From assembly GCF_028641065.1 (NCBI RefSeq), contig NC_073406.1, positions 5,766,001 to 5,830,000 of the forward strand: a DNA stretch of 64,000 bases. The letters run 5' to 3'. This DNA comes from Leucoraja erinacea. Lineage: Eukaryota. This document shows, in pieces, positions 38,194 through 51,900 of this stretch. The notes under the pieces were generated by a model. The model ran no database searches. It had not been told where the DNA came from and worked only from the letters and a program-made list of their open reading frames with translations. Numbering within the stretch: the first letter of the stretch is position 1; each line of letters starts with the position of its first letter. A program made the translations under genes and the position numbers.

Positions 38194-40187
38194 CACGGGA
38201 CACTAAGCCTGTTTTTTCTACAGACACTAAAAAGAGACACAGTTTACATTGGGAGTCCCCTTCTGAATGAGCAAAAAACGGAGTAACTTTGTAAAGCTGC
38301 TTACACATTATAAAGCTAAGGGATAAGCATCGCAAATACCAAGGATAGCAATAGTTTAATCAAATGGTGTTCATTTTTTCTTATAAATTGTGAACATCAT
38401 GGCGTGATTGGTAAGGTTTCCTGGGAATCTGAGAACAGTCCACGTACTATCATGCATGGGTGTATTAGCAGGCTAAATGTGTCCGAATGTGCAGGTATAA
38501 TGAATGTAATAGTGTGAGAACTGGGCCAAAAATGGGGTTTGTGGGTACCATGAGCCACACTTGAGCTTCTTTTGTAAGGGTTTTATGAACGTTGATTTCC
38601 CCCCCTTTCATATCTTGTATGGACGTCACCCACAATCACTTCACCTCTGACGTGTATATGTACGGTAACGTGTGTGGTAATATTTTCTGCAAATAAATTT
38701 AATATTTAAATTCAATTGAATTGCACAATTCTGATCTGTTCTACCTGTATACAGAAGTATTGGCACATAGAACGATGTGGATTAAAAATGTTCAAGTGAA
38801 TATAGATTATTAGTACCTTTGGGTCAGATGCATTCTGTATTATGTTGTTGGAACATTTAAACTGTACACCACACATATAATAAACCTCTGACCAGTCAGT
38901 GCATAAACATGCATCAGCAGGTCTGATGCTGAATTAACCATTTTAAGCAAACTGCTGTATTATTCTCCAGTGTGAATGTGTTAATGCTCTTCCGATTTAG
39001 CTGTCGATCTTGAATTGAACAAATTTGATTAGCCAAGCATGTATACATACAAGGAATTAACAACTCGCAAGTAGCAACACGATACACAGTAAACAATTAA
39101 AAATGAACCATTATCATTTAAACATGTGAAGAATGAAACAAAATATCAGAGCAAATGGAGGCTACAGACTTTTGGCTATTGAGTAAAGCCACTGCTCACT
39201 GGGGAAAAAAGCTGTTTTTATGTCTTGACATATGTACAGCAGATAAAATAATAAGGTAGTCTAGGGAAGTTGGGGGAACTGTAATGCACTTGCTGTTAAA
39301 GGACATTAAAAATATTAGCTTTTCATTGAAGTAGTCAACAAGAAAACATAATATGCCAATGTCTGAGGAGCTAACATTGAAGCCCATGATCACCTGTGGA
39401 GTTGAATGAAGTAAGGTATGAATCAGCCATGGTTAGACAGGAAGTTGATCATTTGAAAGCTGCAGTTAGTATACTCCAGCAGAATTTCCAGATGCAATGA
39501 CAGGGACCAGATCACACATTATAAAGGATAAATAAAGACTTTAGAAAGTGACTAATGTCCTACACAGTTGCATCGTGCAATGAAGGCAAACAACCCATTC
39601 ACCTTTTGTTACCACCCTATCAATATGTGCTGCCACCTTCAATGAGGGATGAACTTGGATTCTAACTCCGCACATAGATAGAAACATAAAAAATAGGTGC
39701 AGGAGGAGGCCATTCGTCCCTTCGAGCCACGATGCTGTTCAGCCTTGTCATACTTCACGTCAAGAATTTGGAGTTTCTAGAGATAAGATTTTACCTTGGA
39801 GGCTGAATCCTAACTGACGAGTTAGTGATGAGTTCTTACGACAAAATGAACGCACTGGATAGAGCACTTCCATTTGGATTATTTTCTAGCCACTGTTTAA
39901 GCAGAGTAATCCCTCCTGTGTCCATGGATGGGTAGGAAGCGCAGATATTGGTTTAAACCGAAGATAGACACAAAATGCTGCAGATACTCAGCGGGTCAGT
40001 GGAGCAATTTGCTGAGTTACTCCAATTTTTTGTGTCTACCTATATCCATACTCGGCTGCATGACGGTGTAGTACGAGTTCTCCATGGTGCAGCGAGACAC
40101 TGCCAGAACCACGGGTTGTGATCCTCAAGCTTAATGTTTCTCTGCGTTGTAAAGTAGTTGTTTTGCCGGTCACGTTGTGTGGTGGGT

Positions 40188-40188
<1 letters not shown>

Positions 40189-40223
<35 letters not shown>

Positions 40224-40255
40224 ACACACACACAGGCAGCCACACACACAGGCAG
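40189..40255. repeat. (CA)n microsatellite
   Basis: Direct reading; abuts the gap. Confidence 0.95.
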
Positions 40256-40784
40256 NNNNNNNNNNNNNNNNNNNNNNNNNNNNNNNNNNNNNNNNNNNNN
40301 NNNNNNNNNNNNNNNNNNNNNNNNNNNNNNNNNNNNNNNNNNNNNNNNNNNNNNNNNNNNNNNNNNNNNNNNNNNNNNNNNNNNNNNNNNNNNNNNNNNN
40401 NNNNNNNNNNNNNNNNNNNNNNNNNNNNNNNNNNNNNNNNNNNNNNNNNNNNNNNNNNNNNNNNNNNNNNNNNNNNNNNNNNNNNNNNNNNNNNNNNNNN
40501 NNNNNNNNNNNNNNNNNNNNNNNNNNNNNNNNNNNNNNNNNNNNNNNNNNNNNNNNNNNNNNNNNNNNNNNNNNNNNNNNNNNNNNNNNNNNNNNNNNNN
40601 NNNNNNNNNNNNNNNNNNNNNNNNNNNNNNNNNNNNNNNNNNNNNNNNNNNNNNNNNNNNNNNNNNNNNNNNNNNNNNNNNNNNNNNNNNNNNNNNNNNN
40701 NNNNNNNNNNNNNNNNNNNNNNNNNNNNNNNNNNNNNNNNNNNNNNNNNNNNNNNNNNNNNNNNNNNNNNNNNNNNNNNNNNNN
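40256..40784. other. Assembly gap (N run)
   Basis: Run of N immediately upstream of a GC-rich first exon. Confidence 1.
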
Positions 40785-40786
40785 GG

Positions 40787-40799
40787 GTTGCCTGGTTAC
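40787..40799. promoter_or_regulatory. RFX X-box
   Basis: GTTGCCTGGTTAC; reverse complement GTAACCAGGCAAC fits GTNRCC-N-RGYAAC; 19 nt upstream of the ATG at 40819. Confidence 0.55.
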
Positions 40800-40818
40800 A
40801 GCGTCCTGACATTGAAAG

Positions 40819-40906
40819 ATGTCGCCGCTGTTGGTGGTGGCGCTTTTGCTGGGCGGAGCCGCAGCGGAGCAGGAGCAGGAGCTGGGGGCCTGGCCCGGGG
40901 CAGGAG
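40819..40906 (+). CDS. THSD8-like secreted protein, exon 1 (signal peptide)
   Basis: aagATG; MSPLLVVALLLGGAAA-EQEQELGAWPGAG; phase-1 donor GGAG|gtaatc; CpG-rich. Confidence 0.75.
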
Positions 40907-41949
40907 GTAATCAGAGAAGATGGGAGATCCAGAGTTGGGCGGCACTAGTCCACGAGAAGCACGGCCAGGTCCAAGAGAAAGACTCTTACCCCCGGGGACA
41001 TGTTGACTGACTGGCTGGAAGGAGCTGCCCTTAATCCTGGGGCAGAGCTGATCCACCACCAGTTAAATCAGTAGAGTTTGGAGAAATCGGCCCATGTGAC
41101 AAACGCGATCACATCACAAGGCCTGATGATTTTTGAAGTAGCCCCCCCCCCCTTCCCCCTCACTCCATCCCCTCTCCCTTCCCACTTCTCCTACCAGTCT
41201 TACTGTCTACGACTACATTTTATCTCTGTCGACCTGAAACGTCACCCATTCCTTCTCAAAGATGCTGCCTGTCCCGCTGAGTTACTCCAGCATTTTGTTG
41301 TGTCTACCCTGATGATCACATAGTCAGCAGCTGGACCCTCATTACTGCAGGCAGGCCCACTGTGTCAAACACTGCTGCGACCTTTTCAAACGCCCTCGCT
41401 CCCCTTTACCTCCCATCGCCTTCCTTTCAATAACATGGGTATGAGTTCGGCCCCATGCTTTTTTCCCCTCTAGCAGTAAAATCGACAGCCATGGGATAGG
41501 CGTAAAACAGAGTGAGGAGTGGGCGTGTCCTTATAGAATACCAGAAGTTTTGTCAATGTGACAGAAAATTCGCACATTTGCTGAAATGTTGAAGCAGGAA
41601 CCAGAAATGTTAAGTTGATATGTCATTGAGACTTGAGGTCTGTCGGACTATAGTGGCAAAGGTTTGGGGATTTCCATTTAAGATAATAAAGATCTCAAAT
41701 TCTAGGGAGTACTCGCGTAAAATTAAGTAGGGGGAATTAAAAAGCAGAGGATAACTGGTGGATAGTTGTTTTCCTGATTGGAGGGAAGTTTTTAGTGTTT
41801 TCTTTCCAATTATTGGTGTGGACCACTGCTCTCTTTGAAATATTATAGCTTAGGACGGTGGGGCTTAATTTCAAAATTGGAACCCAGAAATGTAAGAAGA
41901 ATAGACAATGGGAAGATATAGTTAGCTGGAAAAATTACATAAGCACATA

Positions 41950-43030
41950 AGAGAAAGCATGGAAACAGATTCTTCGGTCCAATTTATCCATGCTGCCCAA
42001 GATGCCCATCTAAGCTAGATACATTTGCCAGCATTTGACCCAAATCCCTCTAAACTTTTCCTATCAGTGTATCAATCTTCTAAATGTTATTTGTCTACAT
42101 GTTTCACCTCTTCCTCTGGCAGCTCGGTCCCAAAACGTACCATTGTGTGTGTGTGTGTGTGGAAAAAGTTGCCAGTCAGGTTCCTATTAATCCTTTTCCC
42201 CCTTAACTTAAACCAGTGCCTTCTTGTTTTTGATTTCCCCAGCCGTGAGGAAAATACTGTGTGCATTCACCCTATCTATGTCTCTCATTATGTTACATAT
42301 CTCTGCAAGATCACCCCTCAATCTCCTACACTCCAATGAATAAAGTCCCAGCCTGTACAATCTCTCCTGACAACATCCTTTTAAATGTTTTCTGCGCTCT
42401 TTCCTGATTGATGGCATCTTTCCCGTAGTACGGGACCAAATCTGAACGCAATACGCCAAATATCAGGTCTCCATAATATCCCAGGTGTGGACTTACCAAC
42501 TGCAACATTCCATCCTAACTTCTGTACCCAGTGTCCTCACTGATGAAGGTGTGCAAAAGCCTGCCTACCTTTGATGTCATTTTCAGGAAACTATGTACGT
42601 CCTAGGGCCCTGAGTAGCACAGTCCTCATAGGGCCTTAACATTCATTGAGAAAGTCATACAGATTTGACTTCCTAAAATGCAACACCTCGCACTTATCTG
42701 TATTAAACTCCATTTGTCTTTCCTTCAAGATTCAATTTATTTGTCATTTGGACCCCTTGAGGTCCAAACAAAATGACGTTTCTGCAGCCATACATTACAA
42801 ACAAATAGACCCAAGACACAACATAATTTACATAAACATCCATCACATTGCTGTGATGGAAGGCCAAAAAAACTTATCTCTCCACTGCACTCCCCCCCCC
42901 CCCACCCGATGTTCCTTGACCAACTAACTCAGCTGTAATTTTTGATAACCTTCATTATCACATATTTTAGTGTAATCTGCAAATTTACCAACCATGCCTT
43001 GTAGCTTCTTATCCAACTTATTGATATAGA
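41950..43030 (-). mobile_element. Degenerate CR1-type LINE fragment(s)
   Basis: Minus-strand YCVQIWS...ERLYRLGLYSLECRRLRGDLAEICNIMRDIDRV. Confidence 0.75.
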
Positions 43031-44772
43031 TGACAAGCAACCACAGGAGCTAAAGCCAGCATAGATCAGACACGATCACGTTGAATGGTGAGGCAGGTTT
43101 GAGTGGCCTATTCATGCGTTCTGAAGCCATGTATCAATAGAGAAACCAAGGATGTAGTGTGCAAATCCTTGAACATGACAAAAACTTTGGACGATCCTTT
43201 TTGAGAAAACATTAGATTATTGGGTTTACTGGGATAGAAATAGAAAATAAAGCAAAGGCATTGTACTGGATTTTATAAAACATTGCTTAGACCTCAATTT
43301 TGCATCATCCATTTTAGGAAGCATGTCAGCGGTTGCGAAAGTGCAAGGGAGATTTACAATATTGCTAGTTAGGATCAAAGTCTTGAAAAACCTTGAGACA
43401 CGAAAGAAACCATGAACTTCTTAGAGAAAGTAATGTTAAAGAAAGAATGCTGGTCATCTGGAACACAATTGTTGGTCCCACTTATTTTTCAAAATAGTCG
43501 AACTCTTGAGTCCAGAATGTGCCAAGTTAAGAGATGAGGTATGCTCCTCGGGCTTATGTTGATCTTGTGAAATGTAACGAGGAAGTACCGGAAATACCCA
43601 GCAGTATAGGCAGCATCTGTGGAAAAAGAAAGCCTTTTTATTTCAGATTTCTATGGTATTTGATTTTAGTTGAATGTTGACTTTCATTCGAATGCCCTTG
43701 GATGCTGACAGCAGAGAAATCAGTCACACTGAGATAGAGAAATAAAAGGAAGGGTAGCTGGGAGCTCATTTTCACATTTATTTACAGAATGAAGTTATTT
43801 TATAAAGTGCCAAAGTATTTAATCGTCATATATACTGACAGCCAAACAATATTCTTACTTGCAGCAACATAACAGGCCTGTGGATATAGTGCACAGAGAT
43901 GATATATAATAAACAAAAAATCAATAAATTAGTTACTACTGACACTAGTTCAAAATCAACCCCAAAGTACTTCATGTAACTAAAGACCTTCATGGTTGAG
44001 GTTAGTGTTGTGTAGTGGAATATCGCAAGGAGACATGATGATTCACTGTCGGAGAGGAAGAACTGGAAAAAATGCATTTATGTAAACGTAGCTCCCGAGG
44101 CAGTGGGTAGGTGAGGTGGAGGATGTTCTGCGATTTGTGTAGAAGATTCTGTTGAGGATGGCCACCTGCAGACAGATGGGTGGTTTGTAGGGCTGTGGAG
44201 AAAAAGCCAGGGACTAGATTGCTCTTGCAAAAAGCTGCCATGGACTCAATGGCCTTCTTCTGCGCACAGCTTTTTGTGATGAGGTACTTAACGAGTGATT
44301 CATTTCACTAGCTGATTTGATAATAGATTGCTAATTTCACACAAGATGGTTGGAACTGTTTTTTTTTCCGAGAGCATTGTCACAGCAGTGTCCATTAGTC
44401 ACTTGGTTTGTAAAGATGTGAAAGAATGAGTTTGGAGGGAAAACAGGACATTGGGAATAAACTGGTTACCTCTTGTGCTGCATGGATCCATGTCTGGATG
44501 CAGAGATTTGTGATCAGAACATTTCTATTTATTTCAGAGTATCTAAATGGCTAAATGAGAGTGGGGGAAGTGCTATGACAAACAAAGCAGCAAGTTCTGA
44601 AAGTAATTTAAACAGACCTTGCTTTGCTGGCTGAAGCAATTTATTTGAAATGTTTGCTATTTGTTTAATTTCAAATTCTTGGGGAATCCCAGATATTAAT
44701 CACCATCTGGGAGCACTAAATATGTTGTAGCGTGGAGTTTGGTGTGACAGTCTATGCCTCCTGTGTTCCCAG

Positions 44773-45107
44773 ATGGTGCAGATTTCCATTGGATTGAGTG
44801 GGAACCCTGGGTGTGTATGTGCGACATTGGCAAGCAAGGCCGCATCCGATATTTCGTGGTGTCAACGAATGCTGAAAACAGCAACGTGAGCCTGGATGAT
44901 TTCTGGCAGCTGAAACCATGTTCCCACATCGACTGTATGAACTGTCAGCACGATGAGTGCCCAATGGTAGCAGGCGGAGGTGCATCATCCCCACGATTTG
45001 GCCACCGGTTCTCACGGCCAGCTCCTGACAACCTGCGCGCCCACAACACCAAACCTGCCGCAGCAGATTCCTACGACAGTCTCCCAGTGATCGATGATGT
45101 TGGATAG
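44773..45107 (+). CDS. THSD8-like (short TSP1-like domain) secreted protein, exon 2
   Basis: cctcctgtgttcccag|AT (phase 1, completes Asp); HWIEWEPWVCMCDIGKQGRIR...QLKPCSHIDCMNCQHDECP resembles recalled human THSD8 (WGKWRCLCDLGKQERSR...QLRPCRQRDCPSCKPFDC); AATAAA at 45169-45174. Confidence 0.8.
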
Positions 45108-47539
45108 GAAGAACAGGCAACTGCATACACCTGGGTGGCCAGCATCACAGCTCTAATCAGTCATCGGAAATAAATCATAATACAAAGAATCTGTTTAATT
45201 TGATGTTTCAATGTCCTGATATCCTTGTGAGACTGACCATGAAACATAACTTCCATTGACATCCAATTGGCCTGGCACCAGATCTGAACCCTTATCGACA
45301 CCCACATTTGATCTCTCGAGGGAGATGAGGCCAATCAATCATACTGGGCCAGCCAAGGTTGGGCCGATGAGACCCTGTACCCAAAGCTAGTTTTGCAACA
45401 TCAAACAAAAAACAACAACGTTGGAAGAACTCTGGGTCGAGCAGCATCTGTGGAAGGAGGTGTCGACTTGCACCTTTTGCCTCCACAAATGCTGCTTGAC
45501 CCACCAAGTTATTCCAGAATTCTGTTTTTTGTTCTAGATTCCGGTATCAGCAGTCTCTTTTGTCTTCAAACTCTAACCGTGGTTGTTCTTGTGTGTAGAA
45601 ACGGACTTGAACATAGCAATAGACTAGGTGCGGCACAAAACTGGTTACTTGGCCCAAGCAGTCCATGCAGGCTTTACTTTCTTAAATGTATTTCCTAATG
45701 TTATTTATTCTCCTTTATCTATATATCCAATCTAATCCTAATTGCTGCCATTTATGATTCAGTCAATAATCCTTATGTTCCATGGCCTTGCAGATGTGTA
45801 AGAAGTTTTTCTTAACTGTTGTTTTAAATTTCTTACATTCAATGATGTCTAAAACTCCTCGTCTTAACACTATTTCTGGTCAAATTTTATTTTTGTATTT
45901 CCTGTAGATGCAGCAGTTGTATTTCCTGTAGATACAGCACCCATGGAAGCCATGCAGCACCACGAAACTTGCTTGAAGCACTCTGTTCTCTCTTGGTTTA
46001 ACTGAGACCCAGCCATTTCTGGTGTCCTGCAGTTTATAGATGAGTGGATGTGGAAGGGATATGACTGATGTGCTTCACATTATGAAAGTGCAGATATGAA
46101 CAATGCTGGGTGTCGGTGAATGTCATTATGACTGATGTGGATCTGAGACCATGTAAGGCTAAGGGATTGATCTGGAGCACAGAGGCAGACTTTTGGGGAT
46201 TATCTCCTGAAACACAGAGGCAGATCCTTCATGATTGCCTCCTGAAATTGATGAGTATCAAACACCAGAGCCAATATTTTAATTTGAAACCAATTTTGAC
46301 ACAGAGGCCAAAGCTCAGCCTTCGAGAAATGAATGAGTTGAAGATCTAAACTGGGCTAAAGATAACATTTGCTTTAATGTATATAGCATAGAATCATTGT
46401 GCAGATATGTAATTTTTTGTTGGTTTCAGCAAATTCTTTTATTGCTCCATTTTACTATCTGTTTTGTCACATTTTGTTTTCTCTTGTAAGATCTGCACTC
46501 GATTATCTGTTTTTTATTTTGCTTATAGGTTGTTCCTTATCTCTTAGTTGCACATTTTGAACTGTATACTAATTATGTGTCACAGCAAGTTCTGTTTTCA
46601 CAGCTTCTCTTATGTTCATTTATTTTGCCTAATCTGATTATCATAGCTCGACATTACTTTATGAAATTCTAGAATTTCACAATGGTTTCTACGTTTAATT
46701 GAATTAAACCATATAATGGTCACTAACTGAACAATATTCATGCATGGTTAAGCTTTTAACTAAATCTACATTATTACTCTGTACAAAATCCAATATGGAC
46801 AGATCTAAAACTGGTTATAGACAATAGGCAATAGGTGCAGGAGTAGGCCATTTGGCCCTTCAAGCCAGCACCGCCATTCAATGTGATCATGGCTGATCAT
46901 CGCCAATCAGTACCACGTTCCTGCCTTCTCTCCATATCCCCTGACTCCGCTATTTTTAAGAGCCCTATCTAGCTCTCTCTCGAAAGCATCCAGAGAACCT
47001 GCCTCCGCCGCCCTCTGAGGCAGAGAAGTGAATATCTGGTTCTGTCATATCTGTCTTGAACATGCTCAAGAAGTTCACCATCATTTTGAGAGTTAGGGCA
47101 CTGATCCTAGTCTATATGAAAATGAATTATTGCCAAAATGTGACTCCCCTGTGTACGTATCTATGCATTCTACCTTGCTACAAGGAGTGCAGTATACAGC
47201 TCCCACTAGAGCCTGCAATAAACACACATTTAAGTGGCACTGTTCTGAACTGGAGCAACTGAGAACATAGAATAGTGCAGTACAGGAACAGGTCCTTCAG
47301 CTCACCATGTCTGCCAACAATGATGCCAATCTAACCCATCCCATCCTCCTGCAAATAGTTCATACCCCCTATCTACCCTATCTGTACATGTGTCTAACTT
47401 AAACGTGCCTGACATTTTGCTACTATATCTGCTTCTACTACCTCCCCAGGCAGCTTGTTTCAGGCACCTATAACTCTTTTAAAAACAAAATGTCTTGCAC
47501 ATCTCTTACATTTAGCAGATTGTTTGGGTGAATAGATCA

Positions 47540-47838
47540 AACAAGAGGACATCACTTCAGAATTAAGGGACAGAGGTTTAGGGGTAATAAGAGGGGGAAC
47601 TTCTTTACTCAGAGAGTGGTAGCGGTGTGGAATGAGCTTCCAGTGGAAGTGGTGGAGGCAGGTTCATTGGTATCATTTAAAAATGAAGTGGATAGGCATA
47701 TGGATGAGAAAGGAATGGAGGGTTATGGTATGAGTGCAGGCAGGTGGGACTAAGGGGAAAAAAAAATTTGTTCGGCACGGACTTGTAGGGCCGAGATGGC
47801 CTGTTTCCGTGCTGTAATTGTTATATGGTTATATGGTT
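47540..47838 (+). mobile_element. CR1-type LINE 3' end
   Basis: RGHHFRIKGQRFRGNKRGNFFTQRVVAVWNELP, then an (atatggtt)n tail. Confidence 0.8.
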
Positions 47839-50769
47839 AATAGATGGAAGATAACTAACCAGGGGTGCATAGAGTTGTCCGATCTAAGGTTTACGAATGT
47901 CTGAATCAGTGGTAGATGACCCCAGACAGGGACAATGGCAGTGGAAGCAGCCAGTCCTCGGGAAGGAGTATCTACTGAATTGGAAGCTCAACTCTCAACC
48001 AATATTACGTGATACGTTGGCTTCTGCTGTTAGTTTTAAAAAGCTGTTTTAGTATCCTGTGTTTCCCAACAATCTCCTGAAACTGAACTGTTCACAGCAT
48101 CAGTCAACATCCTGCAAAGTTAGAATTCGGTTGAACTCATCCAATGCATGCCAATATGTACAGAGGCTCAAGGAGTGAGACAGTCTTTGGGACTGCCAAA
48201 CCCTTTCTGCACAGAAAGAATCTGAACTAGCTCCTCACAGATGTGCATTGAAGCCCTCGAAATGAGCAAGTGATCAGGGCGGGGAGGTCTCAGCCACTCA
48301 AAAGATTCTCAGCATTTGTGTTGCTGGGAAGTGCTGACTGAAACTGTTACTTATTGGACCAGTTGCCTCAAATCTGAAAGTTTGCTTTGTCATCTCAATA
48401 AAGTAACAGAAATTACAAGGCTAAGGGACAAATTTAAGGTGATTAACAATTCTTCGGTGGTACATTTAACAAGCAAGTCAAATTGAAGTTTGAAACCACG
48501 GCTCATTTTTTATATTTGAGGCTGTTTTGTTTGAAGTACAAGCTGATGCTGAAAGTGGTGGCAGTTCATTTTGATTGAAGTGGAGTCAAGTAAAGTTCTT
48601 TGATCAACACTCTGATGTTTCTTGCATCATAATAAAAACTATGGAGAGTAAGAACATGGCCAATCTTTCACATTGGTTTATACTTTCCCATCTCTATCTT
48701 TTTATTCCTTTGATGCTAAAAAAAATGTAACAACTTAGCCTTAAAGGTTGGCCAAGCCTCTGGACTGGAACATTCCAACATTTTACATTCTCTGAATGTT
48801 CTCCTCATCCCCAGTCCTGACTGCCTGGCCTCTTATCCCTAGCCAATGGCCCATGGTTCTAGACACTACAGCAAGAGGAAACGACTTCCCTGTATCTACT
48901 CTGCCTTCAGAAAACACAGAGAATATATGGTTATTTCACTAAATCACACCTCACAGAGAAGTTATTTCCTTCCAGGATTCAATGCAGTGAATCTTCATTG
49001 TAGCTCCCTGAAGACAAGTATCTCCTTCATCATTTAAATAGCCCAACTGGGTTGAAGTCAACATAGTTGCCTATTTCCTTCGCTCCATAGATGCTGCTTC
49101 ACCCGCTGAGTTTTTCCAGCATTTTTGTCTACCTGCATTCAACATGTGATGTCTTCCCACAGTTCTTATTGCAGAAAGATGAACATACTGACATATTTCA
49201 TCCAAAGTTTGTTTACTATCATTTACTAATATTACCTTTCAAAATAAACATCTGCTTTTCCATCCTTTGCATCCTAGAAGATAATAATCTTTCATATCCC
49301 ACAATACAAATTTATTTGGCACCTTCTTCTCCATCAATTTGTACATTCTCATCTAGGTTTGTATCATTGTCAAACTTGGACACTTTAAGAGATTTGTGAC
49401 ACATCTCTGCTGGTTAATAAAGAAAAACTCATCAATTTTACCTTCCTATGTTATTAGGGCCATAGATTTGCAAACCAAACTTCTAGAAGTACATGTCTAA
49501 GCATTTTCCAAATAACATGATGGTTTCTACCTTCACTCTCTACCACGTGGTCAGTTTCACACCATTTACCACTGCCTGAGTCAAAGAATATTTATTTTTG
49601 TCATTGCTCTAATCTTTCCATCTATTCAGGAGGTGCTGTTGTCTCACAGTTCCAGTGACCTGGGTTCAATCTTAATATATGTGTAGTTATTCCTGTTATG
49701 AGTGGGTATTGAATGCACCTGTTTGCCCCAGCATTCCAAAGATGTTCTGGTTAATTGGTTACAATAAAGTACCCGCTACATGGCAAATGAAACAAACTTT
49801 ACCCACAGTTATCCACTCGACATGTAGGTTATCCTCTTGATCCTAAATAAGCTCTTCGTCTCCTAGTTATCCTCGTGCTCTTCATGTGCATAAAAGCATA
49901 TTGATCATATTGCTTCATCCAATCTCTGTTTTCCTAATTTCCCTTTTTATTCCACTCCAATAAATTCTATCCTTTTCCTGGCTCCTTGCTATGTTAAACT
50001 AGTTTTTAGTGGAATAGTAGCAGTATATTAGTATCTTTCATAAGCTTCAGATTATTTGGCTCATTTTAATCTCTGTGCATTTTGTCAACCAGGAGCTTTT
50101 GATTTGTCCTAGCAATTTTCTTTGTGGGAATATGTTGACCCTGAACACCCTGAAACTCCTACTGAGAAACATAGAATCATAGAAAATAGGTACAGGAGTA
50201 CCTTCGAGCCAGCACCGCCATTCAATACGATCATGGCTGATCATCCAAAATCAGTACCACGTTCCTGCTTTCTCCCCATATCCCTTGATTCTGTTAGCCC
50301 TAAGAGGTATATCTAACTCTCTCTTGAAAACATCCAGTCAATTGGCCTCCACTGCCTACTTGATCATCTCTGCTTTCAAACTAATTATTTCCATCCCACT
50401 TTTGCTAAATCGCTTCTCTCTCAGAAAGTTGTGGTTTCCCCAATATTGGATCTTTATTTGACTTTATCTTAGCCCTTTTACATCACTATGCCAAAATGAC
50501 ATTATTATTTTAATTACCACAGAATGTTTCCCTACCACCTGCCCAGCAATATTGCCTAAAAGAAAATCCACCTGGATCAGCTGGTTAAAGATATTCTCTG
50601 TATTGCATTTTAGGAAGTCTGCATTCTCCATGTTTTATATGCTGCCTCAATTTGAGTTAACATTAGGGTAACATTAACATTCGGGTAATTAAAACCCCCA
50701 CTATGAGTGTTTCTACACATTATAAATTTGGCCATAATGGCTATGACAATAAAATACATTTGGCTAGGT

Positions 50770-51900
50770 ACATGGAAGTGATGCAGTGTGGGAACAGGCT
50801 CTTCGGCCCAACTTGCCCATACTGGCCAACATGTCCCAGCTATACTAGTCCCACCTGCCCACGTTTGTTCCATATCCCTCCAAACCTGTCCTATTCATGT
50901 ACCTGTCTAACTGTTTCTTAAATGTTGGGGTAGTCCCAGCCTCAACTACCTCCTCTGGCAGCTTGCTCTATTCACCCACCACCCTTTGTGTGAAAAAGTT
51001 ACCCCTCAGATTCCTATTCCAGATTTTTATCTTCACCTTAAACCTATGTCCTCTGGTCCTTGATTCACCCACTCTGGACAAGAGATTCTGTGCATCTACC
51101 CGATCTATTCCGCTCATGATTTAATAAACCTCAATAAGATCATCCCACATTATGAATAGGGGTAAGCCATTTAGAACTGAGACGAGGAAACACCTTTTCA
51201 CATAGAGAATTGTGAGTCCGTGGAATTCTCTGTCTTGGAGGGCGGTGGAGGCCGGTTCTCTGGATACTTTCAAGAGAGAGCTAGATGGGGCTCTTAAAGA
51301 TAGCGGAGACAGGGGATATGGGGAGAAGGCAGGAACGGGGTACTGATTGAGGATGATCAGCCATGATCACATTGAATGGCGGTGCTTGCTTGAAGGGCCA
51401 AATGGCCTACTCCTGCACCTATTGTCTATTGTCTATCCTCCAGCATACTCAACCTCCCTATAGCTCAGACCTTCTAGCCCTGGCAACATCCTAGTAAATC
51501 TCCTCTGTACACTTCCAGCTGAACAACATATTTCTATAACACGGTGCCCAGAACTGAACCACAATAATGCGGCCTCACCAACGTCTTATACAATTGCAAC
51601 ATGACCTCCCAATTTCTATACTCAATACTCTGACCGATGAAGGCCAATGTGCCAAATACCTTTTTAACCACCTTATCTATCTGCGACTCGACCTTCCAGG
51701 AACCATGCACCTGCACTCCTAGATCCCTCTGCTCTACAACACTCTCCAGAGCCCTATCATTCACTGTGTAGGTCCTGTCCATGTTAGACCCAAAATGCAA
51801 AACCTCACATTTTTCTGTATTAAACTCCATCAACCATTTCTCAGCCCATCTGGCCAATCGATCAAGATCCTGCTGTAATTTTTCACAACCATCTTCACTG
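50770..51900 (-). mobile_element. CR1-type LINE fragment with a nested opposite-strand CR1 3' end (~51150-51435)
   Basis: Minus ORF ARWAEKWLMEFNTEKCEVLHFG...QRDLGVQVH...LYKTLVRPH; the insert ends in (attgtct)n. Confidence 0.85.

Noticed and set aside
44745-44747. In-frame TGA upstream of the THSD8-like exon as a possible selenocysteine codon
   Set aside because: It is intronic under the phase-consistent model, and I see no SECIS in the short 3' UTR.
44754-45107. ORF-track protein starting MPPVFPDG
   Set aside because: The ATG lies in the polypyrimidine tract of the acceptor at 44771-44772; the exon is better explained as spliced to the signal-peptide exon at 40819.
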